Below, piece by piece: positions 11,953 through 22,676 of a stretch of DNA of 46,776 nucleotides. Under the pieces are notes generated by a model. That model did not search any database, was not told the origin of the DNA, and worked only from the letters and a program-made list of their open reading frames with translations. Numbering within the stretch: position 1 is the first letter of the stretch; each line of letters starts with the position of its first letter. This stretch comes from Catajapyx aquilonaris (Eukaryota), in the NCBI GenBank assembly GCA_000934665.2, contig KZ538798.1:1-46776 (forward strand). Reading direction: 5' to 3'. A program made the position numbers and the translations under genes.

Positions 11953-13560
11953 CAGTACCCTGCATTAATGGCTATGCCCAGACATCGCCACCTGGCGGGA
12001 TTGAGCGGAACTAGGCATCAGTGGGCTGTGTCCAAAATACTTTGATATCAAGACTGTTCACGAGACTGCTGCGGCACTGGAGCCTCATGTAAAAACCATG
12101 TAACTCAAGATACTGGGTTTTTACTTGTAGGCCACAATTGGGCGGGTCTTTTCAAGCTCTATCCACTGGTACAAACCACATCTCTCTAACTTGTTTTCCT
12201 GCAAAGTTATTCAAGTTTTTCAAGTATGATTTATGCAGGAACTAATGGCAGATCACGAACTTTGAGGTGCAATATCTCAAAATGGCCAAATCAGAGATAC
12301 ATGGTTTTTACATGAGGCTCCAGCGGCTCTAGACGGCTCAAGGTATCGCGGTGGATTAACAGTCATTGGTGTGGTCCGTGTAATAACTGGTTCACAACCT
12401 CAATACATTGATAGGAACTGCAATGGCCTTATAATTCATCCCACAGATATATCTGTGATCCGCTGCGATCCATCTTTGTAGCAACCGTTTGCATCCACCG
12501 CGATATCATGAGCTGTCCAATTGAACCGTGGAATCGGAAAACCAGACAAGTCACATCGAAAATGAAAAGGCGTTTAGGTACTGGTTGCACTGAGCCTGTC
12601 TAAAATCCACAGGAATGGTCGTAGGTGCACCAAATTTACAAGGTGGGTGCATGCAACGAATCCAAACTCACCGGAATTGGTTGGAATAATATCTGAGCAC
12701 CAGAGGCGACACTGTGGCCGTTTATTTGGACCCCCTGCCCAACTTGTCTGATTTTTCGATTCCATGGCTCGTGGAAGGCAAGAACCAGAAAAGTCAGCAT
12801 GGATAAACAAATGCAGGGCTTCACACTCCCGTCGGGATAAATAATATTCACAATAATAATTCTTCGCTGGGAAGAGAGACACCGCATGTTGGTGCAACAG
12901 GGTACACTGTTAGTATGGTTAGCACTGTGCCATCATGCGCAGCAACCCCGTAGCAAGAGTCGCAAGTCCCCTCCCCCCGTCACGATTTGGCAGGAAATGC
13001 CCGGGAAGTAGAGTTTCGCGCCGTTCAGCAGACGTTATGACCATCCAGTTATGGGCTTTGATGCAGCAATATGCGAATCCCCATTTTCCATGGTCACACC
13101 GATGCGATGGTTAATCCCCTACATGGTCAGCAACACTGCTCCATTTCTGAATCCATCCCGAAGGGAGTGTGAAGCCCTGCATTTGTTTATCCATGCTGAC
13201 ATTTCTGGTTCTTGCCTTCCACGAGCCATGGAATCGGAAAATCTGACAAGTCGGGCAGGGGGTCCAAAGAAACGGCCACAGTGTCGCCTCTGGTGCTCAG
13301 ATATGATTCCAACCAATTCCGATGAGTTTGGATTCGTTGCATGCACACCCCTTGCAAATTTGGTGCACCTACGACCATTCCTGTGGATTTTAGACAGGCT
13401 CAGTGCAACAAGTACTAAACGCCTTTTTATTTTTGATGTGACTTGTCTGGTTTTCCGATTCCACGGTTCAATTACTTTGGACGCAGCCCACCAACGCCTA
13501 ATTCCGCTCATTCTCAGACAGGTGGCGATGTATGTGCATAGCCATTAATGCAGGGTACTG
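11953..13560. mobile_element. Tc1-like fold-back element with long arms; about 480 bp inserted in the left arm (about 12040-12519)
   Basis: TA-CAGTACCCTGCATTAATGGCTATG...CATAGCCATTAATGCAGGGTACTG-TA; 12520-12835 is inverted relative to 13155-13472. Confidence 0.88.
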
Positions 13561-13674
13561 TACAATGTTTTTATAGATTTCATTATTGACCATTAAAAAT
13601 TTTCTGGTTTTATACAGGAGCATACACTGCATGTTTCAGAATTTAATACACATTTGTTTCAGTAGGGGGGGGGG

Positions 13675-13874
13675 NNNNNNNNNNNNNNNNNNNNNNNNNN
13701 NNNNNNNNNNNNNNNNNNNNNNNNNNNNNNNNNNNNNNNNNNNNNNNNNNNNNNNNNNNNNNNNNNNNNNNNNNNNNNNNNNNNNNNNNNNNNNNNNNNN
13801 NNNNNNNNNNNNNNNNNNNNNNNNNNNNNNNNNNNNNNNNNNNNNNNNNNNNNNNNNNNNNNNNNNNNNNNNNN
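13675..13874. other. Assembly gap (200 N)
   Basis: Run of N following a G homopolymer. Confidence 1.
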
Positions 13875-13919
13875 CGAAAATTTTTCTGCCTACGCCCCTC
13901 AATAATAGCATGTTTTCCT

Positions 13920-14192
13920 GGGTTTTCCTGGAGATTGTGACACGCCCGGGCCCACGGACAGGATGACAGGAGGGGATGTGCAAGGTGCAGTGCAATGTCG
14001 TAGCTGTGGTCATTTTGTGAACTCCCCCGGGCCCCGGGTGGTTTGTCTTAATGGAAATACCACCCGAGACGAAGCCAGACACGACCTCCGAACTCTGCAC
14101 GAGATGCAGGGGGTGTCCCCGGGCTGGGATCGAACCCAGGACCTTAACATCCGTGGGCGCATGCGTTACCACAGCACCACTCCGCCTCCCTA
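13920..14192 (-). mobile_element. tRNA-derived SINE, further family
   Basis: Minus strand reads GGGAGGCGGAGTGGTGCTGTGG (A box) then GGTTCGATCCC (B box); 3' end uncertain. Confidence 0.7.
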
Positions 14193-14732
14193 CTGATCCT
14201 AATGATAATGTATTGTATGGGAGCTTTGTATTGCCTTTACATATGACGCAAATGTGGCGAAGAGAGCTTAAGGATGGTCCCATGTGCAATCCAAGCCCAG
14301 GTTTTAGTTGTCCTAGTGAGGGTTTCTTGTTGATGGCAAAACTTGGCAAAATCAACAGAGTGGTGGAATATGCCTCTTGGGCTTACACACTTGCCCCATG
14401 TACTATCAGCACAATATTACCACAGATGCATTCACCCACCTTTCATGTGAAAATGTGTCTCTAATAATATTATACCAGTAGTACCAGATGTTACATGTGA
14501 TGTCATACACTCTCCCTCCCATTTTTTTTCCAGGAAATTTCCATAGCCAACAGCCTCTCTCCTGCCCAGTGAATGAGTTTATGAATGCAAGTCTGCATGA
14601 ATATGCTGGAATGTAATTGGCAAATTGCATTGGAAAAAAATTGAAGGTGGAGGAGTTAACCACAAACCATCATTGGGAAAGGTATTCATGCAAGAGCTTA
14701 AACTACCCGCACGATGTGGCTCAAGCTGCCAA

Positions 14733-15666
14733 AAGGATCTCTTCCAGGATTAATTTTGTAGTAAGGCACAATAATTTTTATCGGAAGTTGTTCAGACTAA
14801 TAAAATAGGTGAAAAGTGAAACTCAGATTTTAAATATCTGTTGTGTATAAGGGCGACACGGTGGCCGAGTGGTTAACGCCGCAGCCTTCCACCTCTAAGG
14901 TCCCAAGTTCGATCCCCGGGTTGGACGGAGGATACTTATGTGGATAGAGTTTCGATGGGTTCTCTCCGTGTTCGCGTGGGTTTTCTTGGGGTTCTCCCGT
15001 TTCCTCCCACTATCAAAATCCATCACATTTCAGGCAAATGATTAAAGTCGGTAATTCAAAAGATGATCCCCTAAGAGGCCCAAGGGGCCTATCACGGGGT
15101 ATCCATTATTATAATATCTGTTGTGTATAGTGAAAACCTGGTCTTAAAAATTGAGAATTTGCAAATTTCTGGCATTTCAAATGGCCACAGAAGGCACTAG
15201 GAACCATCCAGAATTTTTCTTTTAATTTCATGATAATTACAAATGACGGCCAATTTTTTGAGGCAACGATTTATTGCAATAATTTCAGTATTATTGAAAA
15301 TATACATACATGCATGATTTCCCATTGTAATATAGTACCTCATTTGAGGTGTTGCTACATTGTGCAACCACCCTTGACTTCATTACATATAAATTTAAGT
15401 GAACAATATGATGCTCAAAAAATTAGCAATCATGTGTAATTGGCATAAAAATTAAAATCAAAATTGTTGATTGTTCCTGATCATTTATGTGGCCACCTGA
15501 AGTGCAAAAAATTTGCAAATTCTCAACTTTCAACCCCAGGTTTTCACTACTCAGACAACAGATATTTAAAAACTGAGTTTCATTTTTTAAACTAATTTTT
15601 TAAAGGAGCAACTTCCAATAAAAATTATTATGCCTCACAACAGAATTAATCCTGGAAGACATCCTT
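14733..15666. mobile_element. Fold-back element interrupted by a SINE
   Basis: cttccaggattaatt...ggaagttg is inverted relative to caacttcc...aattaatcctggaag; the arm resumes after the SINE (gtgaaaacctgg...aatttgcaaattt). Confidence 0.8.
14850..15112 (+). mobile_element. tRNA-derived SINE, family A (V-domain-like), copy 1
   Basis: A box TGGCCGAGTGG, B box GTTCGATCC; 17-bp TSD AATATCTGTTGTGTATA at 14833-14849 and 15113-15129. Confidence 0.92.
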
Positions 15667-15919
15667 CTCATAATGACTGTAATTGCACAAGTCACATAAA
15701 GGTATAGATGAAGTCCATGGAAACTGAAATTGAAAAACTGCAATATACTCTCACTTTTTAAAAAGTAGACGCCTGAAATAAATACTAGGCCCTTCTTTAG
15801 TAACCTTATAATATAAAAACCTGCAATCTTGAGATCCTTATGCCAGAGAATCTTTACTAAGCACAAACTAGGCAAACTGACACACCCTAGACCTAGAACC
15901 TACACTGAATATATTAGTA

Positions 15920-16683
15920 CAGTCAATAAGTTCCCGTCCCGGCCTTTGGAGGCCGGCAGGTGACACGGAGACAGGTGCTGCTGTGGTTGGCTGTGAGGTA
16001 CATTAGCAGTCACCAACCTGGCCAAGAGTGAACTCGGTGTGCTGCGTAATAGCTGCGGTATACAGTCGAAAAATGTTGTTCACCATATCAGGCGCGTCCA
16101 AGGCAGACGAACGGGCAGTAATTCAGTTCCTGTGTGCAGAGGGAGCGGGACCAAAGGAGATTCATACACGCATGAGGGCTGTGTATGGAGACACTTGCGT
16201 GGCGTACTCGACAGTGAAGGACTGGGTACGCCATTTCCGCAGTGGTCGATGCAAGCGCCGATCACTTTGAACCAACCCCTCGACGCACACTAAGCTTGCA
16301 TCGTTGGAGGCGGTAACAGGTCGGCCTGACCGTGCCATGTCCGACGTGCCTTGTCGACCACTGCAGAAATGGCATAGCGAGTCCTCCACTGTCGAGTACG
16401 CCACGCAAGTGTGTCCATACACAGCCCTCATGCGTGTATGAATCTCCTTCGGTCCCGCTCCCTCTGCACACAGGAACTGAATTACTGCCCGTTCGTCCGC
16501 CTTGGACGCGCCTGATATGGTGAAGAACATTTTTCGACTGTGTACCGCAGCTATTACGCAGCACACCGAGTTCACTCTTGGCCAGGTTGGTGACTGCTAA
16601 CGTACTTCACAGCCAACCACAGCAGCACCTGTCTCCGTGTCACCTGCCGGCCTCCAAAGGCCGGGACGGGAACTTATTGACTA
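15920..16683. mobile_element. Mariner-derived fold-back MITE made of two inverted transposase 5' ends
   Basis: TA on both sides; 330-bp arms at 15920-16249 and 16354-16683; each arm encodes ERAVIQFLCAEGAGPKEIHTRMRAVYG (mariner HTH). Confidence 0.93.
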
Positions 16684-16829
16684 TACCTAATAAAACAATT
16701 TCAATCATATGCCAAAACCTGGATGCAGAACTTCACCTACTTGAAACTGGCATTTGTTAATAATTCACCCAACATTTTACATGCATTCTTCTATCTGAAG
16801 TCTCCAACTCATCCCTGTGACATACTCAC

Positions 16830-17056
16830 ATATTTGCCAGTGCGTCTAACCATGGTCTCTATGTCCTTATCCATGCTTTCCAGTTTGCTAATCAACTCTT
16901 TAGCTTCTGCTTCTTTCCCAGCCAACTTGAGTGACTGCTGCTTCTTCAACTCTTTCTCATTGAGCTCTTCAGCATGTTGGGTGTAATAGGTTCTCTCTTG
17001 AAGAGTCATTTTATTCCAAATGCGTGTAGCTTTGTTAATGCTATTCTTCTCTGAGC
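16830..17056 (-). CDS. mael: Maelstrom exon, HMG-box helices 2-3 and charged linker
   Basis: ATRIWNKMTLQERTYYTQHA fits the HMG-box W..M...ER..Y...A pattern; acceptor tttttaag (phase 1), donor GTGAGT (phase 0, matching 11736). Confidence 0.8.
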
Positions 17057-17641
17057 CTTAAAAAAAACATTCCACATTGTATCATTATACTACTAATATT
17101 ATACCATCACAAATTCACAATGACTCAGAACTATAAGATACTTCTTGATAGGCATGTGGGCTACAGAATCTAGTTTTCCTGGCAGAAAGTGAGATGCACA
17201 AGAAAACCACACATTTTTTCAATGCAAGAAAATCCTTTGCCCTGGGATAGAACTCAAAACCTCACAGCAAAAAGCTGACTCGATCACTTATGACACTAGG
17301 CTGTCCTCCATTCCTGACTCATACAAGTGTGAAAGTCAGTATTAGAGTGGCAATGTAAAACTTATAAAATGTAGTTGTGGCTCACTCATAATTACAAGAA
17401 AAACGCCAGGAAGTGCTGGCAGAATTTCCTATACAGAAGTTATCATTCTTCATTAACAGTGCAAAAACTGGCTAAATTATCTACCAGTTTTGGTAGGAAT
17501 GAACACAACAACCGTTCTTAACCCCTCTGCTACCAGTTAGGCCCGAAACACGTAGATTTTGGCTTACAAGTACTCCGAAGATTCGGACGAAATATTTTAC
17601 AAATAATAACAGCTACACTACCCGTTCAGGGAAAACACTAT

Positions 17642-19352
17642 CGCCCGGTTGCACCAACAATTTTACCGACCCGATAGCCCCTAATGGACCGGTAAGAGCC
17701 CTTATCGAACAGATTCGGTTGCACCAACAAAAAGTTACCGACATTTAGCACTTACCGATCGATAAAGTTGCAGGCCCAAATTCAGCCCGACAAGTCTTAC
17801 AGAGGCCGTTAAGGAGGAAAAAGATGGCGGCGGGACTAGTTCGTGATGATGGACAGTACTCCTCAGACGATTCCGACGAGGATGAGATAATCATCGAACT
17901 CGCAGACATGGTGCTGCCACGGCCAAGGTTATATCGTACCCGAATGCATCCATTCGAGATGTACGACGAGGGTGCCTTCCAAACACGTTTCCGGCATTCC
18001 AAACGTACTGTCTGGAAACTGCTACAAAAGGTACGTGGTTTCATGGTACGTAGTGACGGTGGACCGCTGAATCATTGGGCTTATCCCATGGCATATGTAT
18101 ATCATTTTCACAGATGGAAGCCCAACTGGAATACACCAGTGACCGCAACCAGTGTTACGCCAATGAACCAGCTCCTGCTGACATTGAGGTTTTATGCAAC
18201 CGGAACATTCCAGATGTGGTCCTGGGAGATTTGTTCGGGGTCAACAAGGCCACTGTTTGCAGACTTGTCCATAAGGTGACAAGAATCATGGTTGCCTTGC
18301 GTCCACAGTACATCCGCTTCCCGGCCACAGAGGTTGAGCGACACGCAGTCATGAGTGGCTTCCACGGAGTTGCAGGCATCCCAGGAATCATAGGTGCCAT
18401 AGATTGCACGCATGTGGCAATCCAATCTCCAGGGGGAGAAGATGCGGAAGGTTTCATGAACCGGAAACATTACTTCTCACTCAACGTGTAGATGGTGTGC
18501 GACACCCAGCTGCGGTTCACCAACATAGTGACGAGGTGGCCAGGATCGGTCCACGATGCCTCCATCTTCGACTTCTCCATGCTCCGAACCCAACTGGAGA
18601 CAGGAGATATTCCAGAGGGGCTCCTTCTGGGTGATGGTGGCTATCCTAACAGGCAGTATCTCTTGACTCCGCTGCTCAACCCCAGGACTGCCGCAGAACA
18701 GGCCTACAACACTGCCCACATATCGAGGAGGAACTGTGTTGAGAGAGCCTTCGGGGTGCTGAAGAGGCGTTTTCCAGTGCTCAAGTATGGTCTTCGCATT
18801 AAACTGAAGAGGATTCCCCCTGTGGTTGTTGTTGCTGCTGCGGTTCTGCACAACCTAGCATCCATTTTGGGGGAAGAGGAACCACCTGAAGACGTGGAGC
18901 TCACAGAATTCATTGATCAGTTGCGTCGACAAGGTGTCATGGTTGATTTCGAGACCCCGATGTGACCCCACCCCCAAGCAATGTTCCCCAGGGTGGTACA
19001 AACGTGAGGGACGCAATCATTCGCCTGTTTGAATAAAACACCTAGTCCCAATGTCATTGGTTTTATTTCTGTGCAAAGGCAGGTTCAAAGCAGCTTGGCC
19101 TCGCAAGTGAATTTGGCGGCAGTAAAATCCCATGCAGACGTCAGATCATTACAGCATGGACCAAATCGGCCAATGATATGGCTTTCAGATTTGATGATTT
19201 GACAACTCTGCATGTTACCGCTCCGTTAGTTGCAGGAGGGGGAAAGAGGGACATGTGCAACCCGTATCTCCTAAAGGTGTCTGTAACCGGTAACGGCCTT
19301 TTGCTATTGGGAGCTGTAAGGCAGCGAGGTGGATTTTTGGTGCAACCGGGCA
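17642..19352 (+). mobile_element. PIF/Harbinger DNA transposon, non-autonomous
   Basis: TIR GCCCGGTTGCACCAA at 17643-17657 and 19337-19351; 3-bp TSD TAT at 17639-17641 and 19353-19355; contains a HARBI1-like transposase. Confidence 0.92.
17824..18965 (+). pseudogene. Harbinger (HARBI1-like, DDE) transposase pseudogene with one intron (18031-18113)
   Basis: Motifs LRFYATG, GAIDCTHV, NRKHYFSLNV*, WPGSVHD, LLGDGGY and VERAFGVLKRRF; frameshifts near 18155 and 18215 and a TAG at 18489-18491. Confidence 0.93.
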
Positions 19353-19415
19353 TATGAATGTGTTGGGAACAATATATTGAAGGGTTCTCAGCAATAAGAT
19401 TGTAAGTGGACTTAC

Positions 19416-19521
19416 CTGCTTTATAGGCTTTTCGTTTTAAAACGCTGGAAAATATTATCAATTTCCTACCGCAAAGATCTCTTAAGGCCTTACTACATGG
19501 TGCCTTTATGTGGTAAAGAGG
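19416..19521 (-). CDS. mael: Maelstrom, putative exon with HMG helix 1 (...KLIIFSSVLKRKAYKAG); 5' boundary uncertain
   Basis: Strong donor CAG|GTAAGT in phase 1, matching the 17056 acceptor; frame open back to 19521 with no in-frame ATG. Confidence 0.5.
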
Positions 19522-19914
19522 CTAATGACACAAGCCTTACACCTGTATCTGGGCATAGTAGGTAGGTGGCGCCACCGCGGTGGATTACAATAACCCGATT
19601 ATTTCAGTAAATGTGCATCCCACATATATGAAAAAGGTGGCTTTCAATTCTAAATGGTACGCATAATCAGGTAATAGCATCCAAAAAAAATATCTGATTA
19701 AAATGACTTGTCATGTTGGCAGGTCAAAATTCGTGACCCTTGACACGAGCCTCATAGACTTGAAATTTGTTTCATGATGGATGAAGCAACTTTTTAAGTG
19801 CATCATCAAGAACAATGTGCGTGGTGTAAAGACCAATCATCTCCAGCACCTATACGGGATAGGATTGCAACGGTAACTCCAGATATGATTGAGAGGGTTT
19901 GGCTCAATATCAAA

Positions 19915-20685
19915 CCCACCAAAAACCTTTCAGTAAAAAAAGGCCAAGTTCTCCTGAGTGCTTGGCCGTCAAAAGTGGTGAGATCTGAAATACGGCCAAG
20001 TTCAACGTCGTTGTCAATTACTGGCATTCTCAACTTCTTCAACCTAAACCACTAACTTTATTTTTCCAGGTAGACCTTAAGTTTAATCAGCAAATGGGCG
20101 ACACGGTGGCCGAGTGGTTAGCGCCGCAGCCTTCCACCTCTAAGGTCCCGAGTTCGATCCCCTGGTCGGACGGAGGATACTTATGTGGATAGAGTTTCGA
20201 TGGGTTCTCTCCGTGTTCGCGTGGGTTTTCTCGGGGTTCTCCCGTTTCCCCCCACTATCAAAATCCATCGCATCAACGGCAAATGATTAAAGTCGGGTAT
20301 TCAAAAGATGATCCCCTAAGAGGCCCAAGGGGCTTATCACGGGGTATCCATTATTATAGTTTAATCAGCAAAAAATTTTAATGGAATTTCTCTTGCTGTA
20401 ACTTGGCCATTGCTCTTAAAACATTGAAACAGTTGTAGAATTCAACAATACCTCGGACATGAGCAATGGCCAAGTTACAGCAAGAGAAATTCCATTAAAA
20501 TTTTTTGATGATTAAACTTAAGGTCGACCTGGAAAAATAAAGTTAGTGGTTTAGGTTGAAGAAGTTGAGAATGCCCCAGTAATTGACAACGATGCTGAAC
20601 TTGGCCGTATTTCAGATCTCACCACTTTTGACGGCCAAGCACTCAGGAGAACTTGGCCTTTTTTTACAGAAAGGTTTTTGGTGGG
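19915..20685. mobile_element. Fold-back element interrupted by a SINE
   Basis: cccaccaaaaaccttt...ggccattgctc is inverted relative to gagcaatggcc...aaaggtttttggtggg; short spacer at about 20416-20460. Confidence 0.88.
20096..20357 (+). mobile_element. tRNA-derived SINE, family A (V-domain-like), copy 2
   Basis: Closely similar to the 14850 copy; TSD AGTTTAATCAGCAAA at 20080-20094 and 20358-20372. Confidence 0.92.
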
Positions 20686-20819
20686 ATCTCACCTCTTTTT
20701 GTAGGCAGGAGTGTAGGATAATTATAATAAGAAAGCTCCACACCAAAAAGCTGACACCAAATTCACTTCTGTATCTTGATTAGTTCCAGAGAAAAAGCCA
20801 AAAGAAGAAGAGTCTAACG

Positions 20820-21630
20820 AAATTATCACTCCCTCAAAAATCGGCAAAAATCAATATTTTTCAAAACGCTTCGGTACAATGTTTTAGCATCGCTGCGTCA
20901 TCGAAAACCCAGAAAATCATAAAAATCCGCCACATGAAGGGTCCAAACGGGGCCGAACTGACAAATCAATTTGTGTTTATTGTGGGGTGGGAGGCATGGG
21001 TTTGCTTGGGGAGGGGGGTGTGGGCTACCAAAGGAGTCTTACATGTGTCGTACTCTCATCAGTGATCATCCCAACTTGAATATCAACATTTGCACTGAGC
21101 AAGGTGGGGCGATTTGCATGTTGGGTTTACTCATCATAATGACGACATATATGGAGGGGGTCTTTAAGAGGCCCAATCTTCCGTAATATTATACTAGCCA
21201 ACAGGACTGATATGGCCACATGTAGTTCACATGCAGGGCTACAACATACGTGAAAACCAGCGAAAAAAAAAGTATAATAATTTTAAAAATTAAATGTTTA
21301 AAATTTGAAATTTCAATCTTTTTAACGCAAAAATTTAAAATTTTAAAATTAACCATAGAATAGGGCCTACTATTATATCAACCTTTCTGAGTAAATTGAT
21401 ATCAAAAGCACATCTGTCTCGCGATTAGTTGCAGAGAAACAGCCAAAAGAAATATGGCTCTCAAAGAAAAGGCTCCAAATTACCACCCCCCAAAAAACGG
21501 GTAAAAATCAAAATATTTCAAAACGCTTTGGTACAATGTTTTAGCAGCACTACGTCACCATAACCTGTGAATATCATTCAAATCCGCCACATCAAAGGTA
21601 CAAAGGGGGTCCCACTGACATGGAATGACC
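20820..21630. repeat. Two diverged direct copies of about 150 bp (about 20820-20965 and 21478-21620), probably DNA-transposon ends
   Basis: Both contain tcaaaacgctt(c/t)ggtacaatgttttagca and aaatccgccacat. Confidence 0.7.
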
Positions 21631-22676
21631 CATTATTATTATATATTTGTTTATTTATACCTCGACAGTCTAGACCTTCCTAGTCAAAGTCCAAATCAGC
21701 ATTCACTATTTAGATAAGTCATGAAAATGCCTTCTGGCTCCATATGGAAAATACGGGCCACTTATTTTCACTCTGCTGGCTTGGCACCCCCACAGCACTC
21801 CCTGTCAGTGCCTGTAGCTCCGTAACCCTTTCATTCCCCATAATTCCGTTCGCATCACAGGTAGAGGACACTATGAGGCGTATTTTGATATCAATGTGAT
21901 GGAATTTGACTTGGGCCTTTGATTCGAAAATTACATTTCCCCCCATAAGTCTCGCTTTTTGGCATTAATTTGCACAGATGTTGAAAAATATTTTCGTAAA
22001 GAGGAGACAATTTCACATATGAAACATGTATTACATCATGCATTTATGTTGCCATGTAAATGTAATAGTGGGATGCCTCTAAATGTGATTAAGGTACAAT
22101 TAGTGCCTGTAGATAGTCAACCACGCATCATCGGAGCAAATCCTTATGGGAAAGGTCCTAACTTGACCTGGACATATCTCACACTCACCGATGGGCAAAT
22201 TTTTTCGTGAAAAAGGTAATGCACTTCACGTGGAATTGCCCAGAAGTCAAATTCTGACCTCACCTATTTTCTTGAAATTCGGTGCATTGACATATGCCCC
22301 CCTCCAATATGTGTCACGGTCATTTTAAGCAGGTAACTATAGGTACGTTTTTCATCCCTTGGGATGGGCTACCAATGCACCGAATTTCAAGAAAATCGGT
22401 GAGGTTGGAATTTTACGGGTTGGAAAATGTCCCAAGTTGTCAGGGAAAATCTCTAGACGTCATATGATGTCCGTAGGCCCTGCAGGAAAGTATGCTCGGA
22501 CATCATGTGATGTCCGTAGTCGTCAAAGGGTTAACCCTTGATTTCAGAACTGAGATTTTGGTTCCTTTCCATACAGATTATTTTACTTCATGAAAAAGAC
22601 CCCTTAAGATTTGGATGCATTTGTGTGGTTAGATGGCAAACCTCTACTTGACCAATCAAAAAACACATGTGCTATA

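Larger units (their letters stand above)
17522..19386. mobile_element. piggyBac-like MITE relic (family of 25369-26171) split by the Harbinger insertion
   Basis: Starts TTAA-CCCCT; 17522-17641 joined to 19356-19375 aligns with 25369-25508. Confidence 0.75.

Noticed and set aside
12574..13548. Apparent duplicated gene (two similar ORFs on opposite strands)
   Set aside because: They are the two arms of a fold-back MITE and have no recognisable protein motif.
17824..18965. Domesticated HARBI1 gene
   Set aside because: It has frameshifts and a nonsense codon and is flanked by TIRs and a TSD, so it is a dead transposon copy.
20096..20170. tRNA genes (also at 2905, 14851, 23404 and 40131)
   Set aside because: A and B boxes are present, but each continues into a shared SINE body, and most have tails and TSDs; they are SINE heads.
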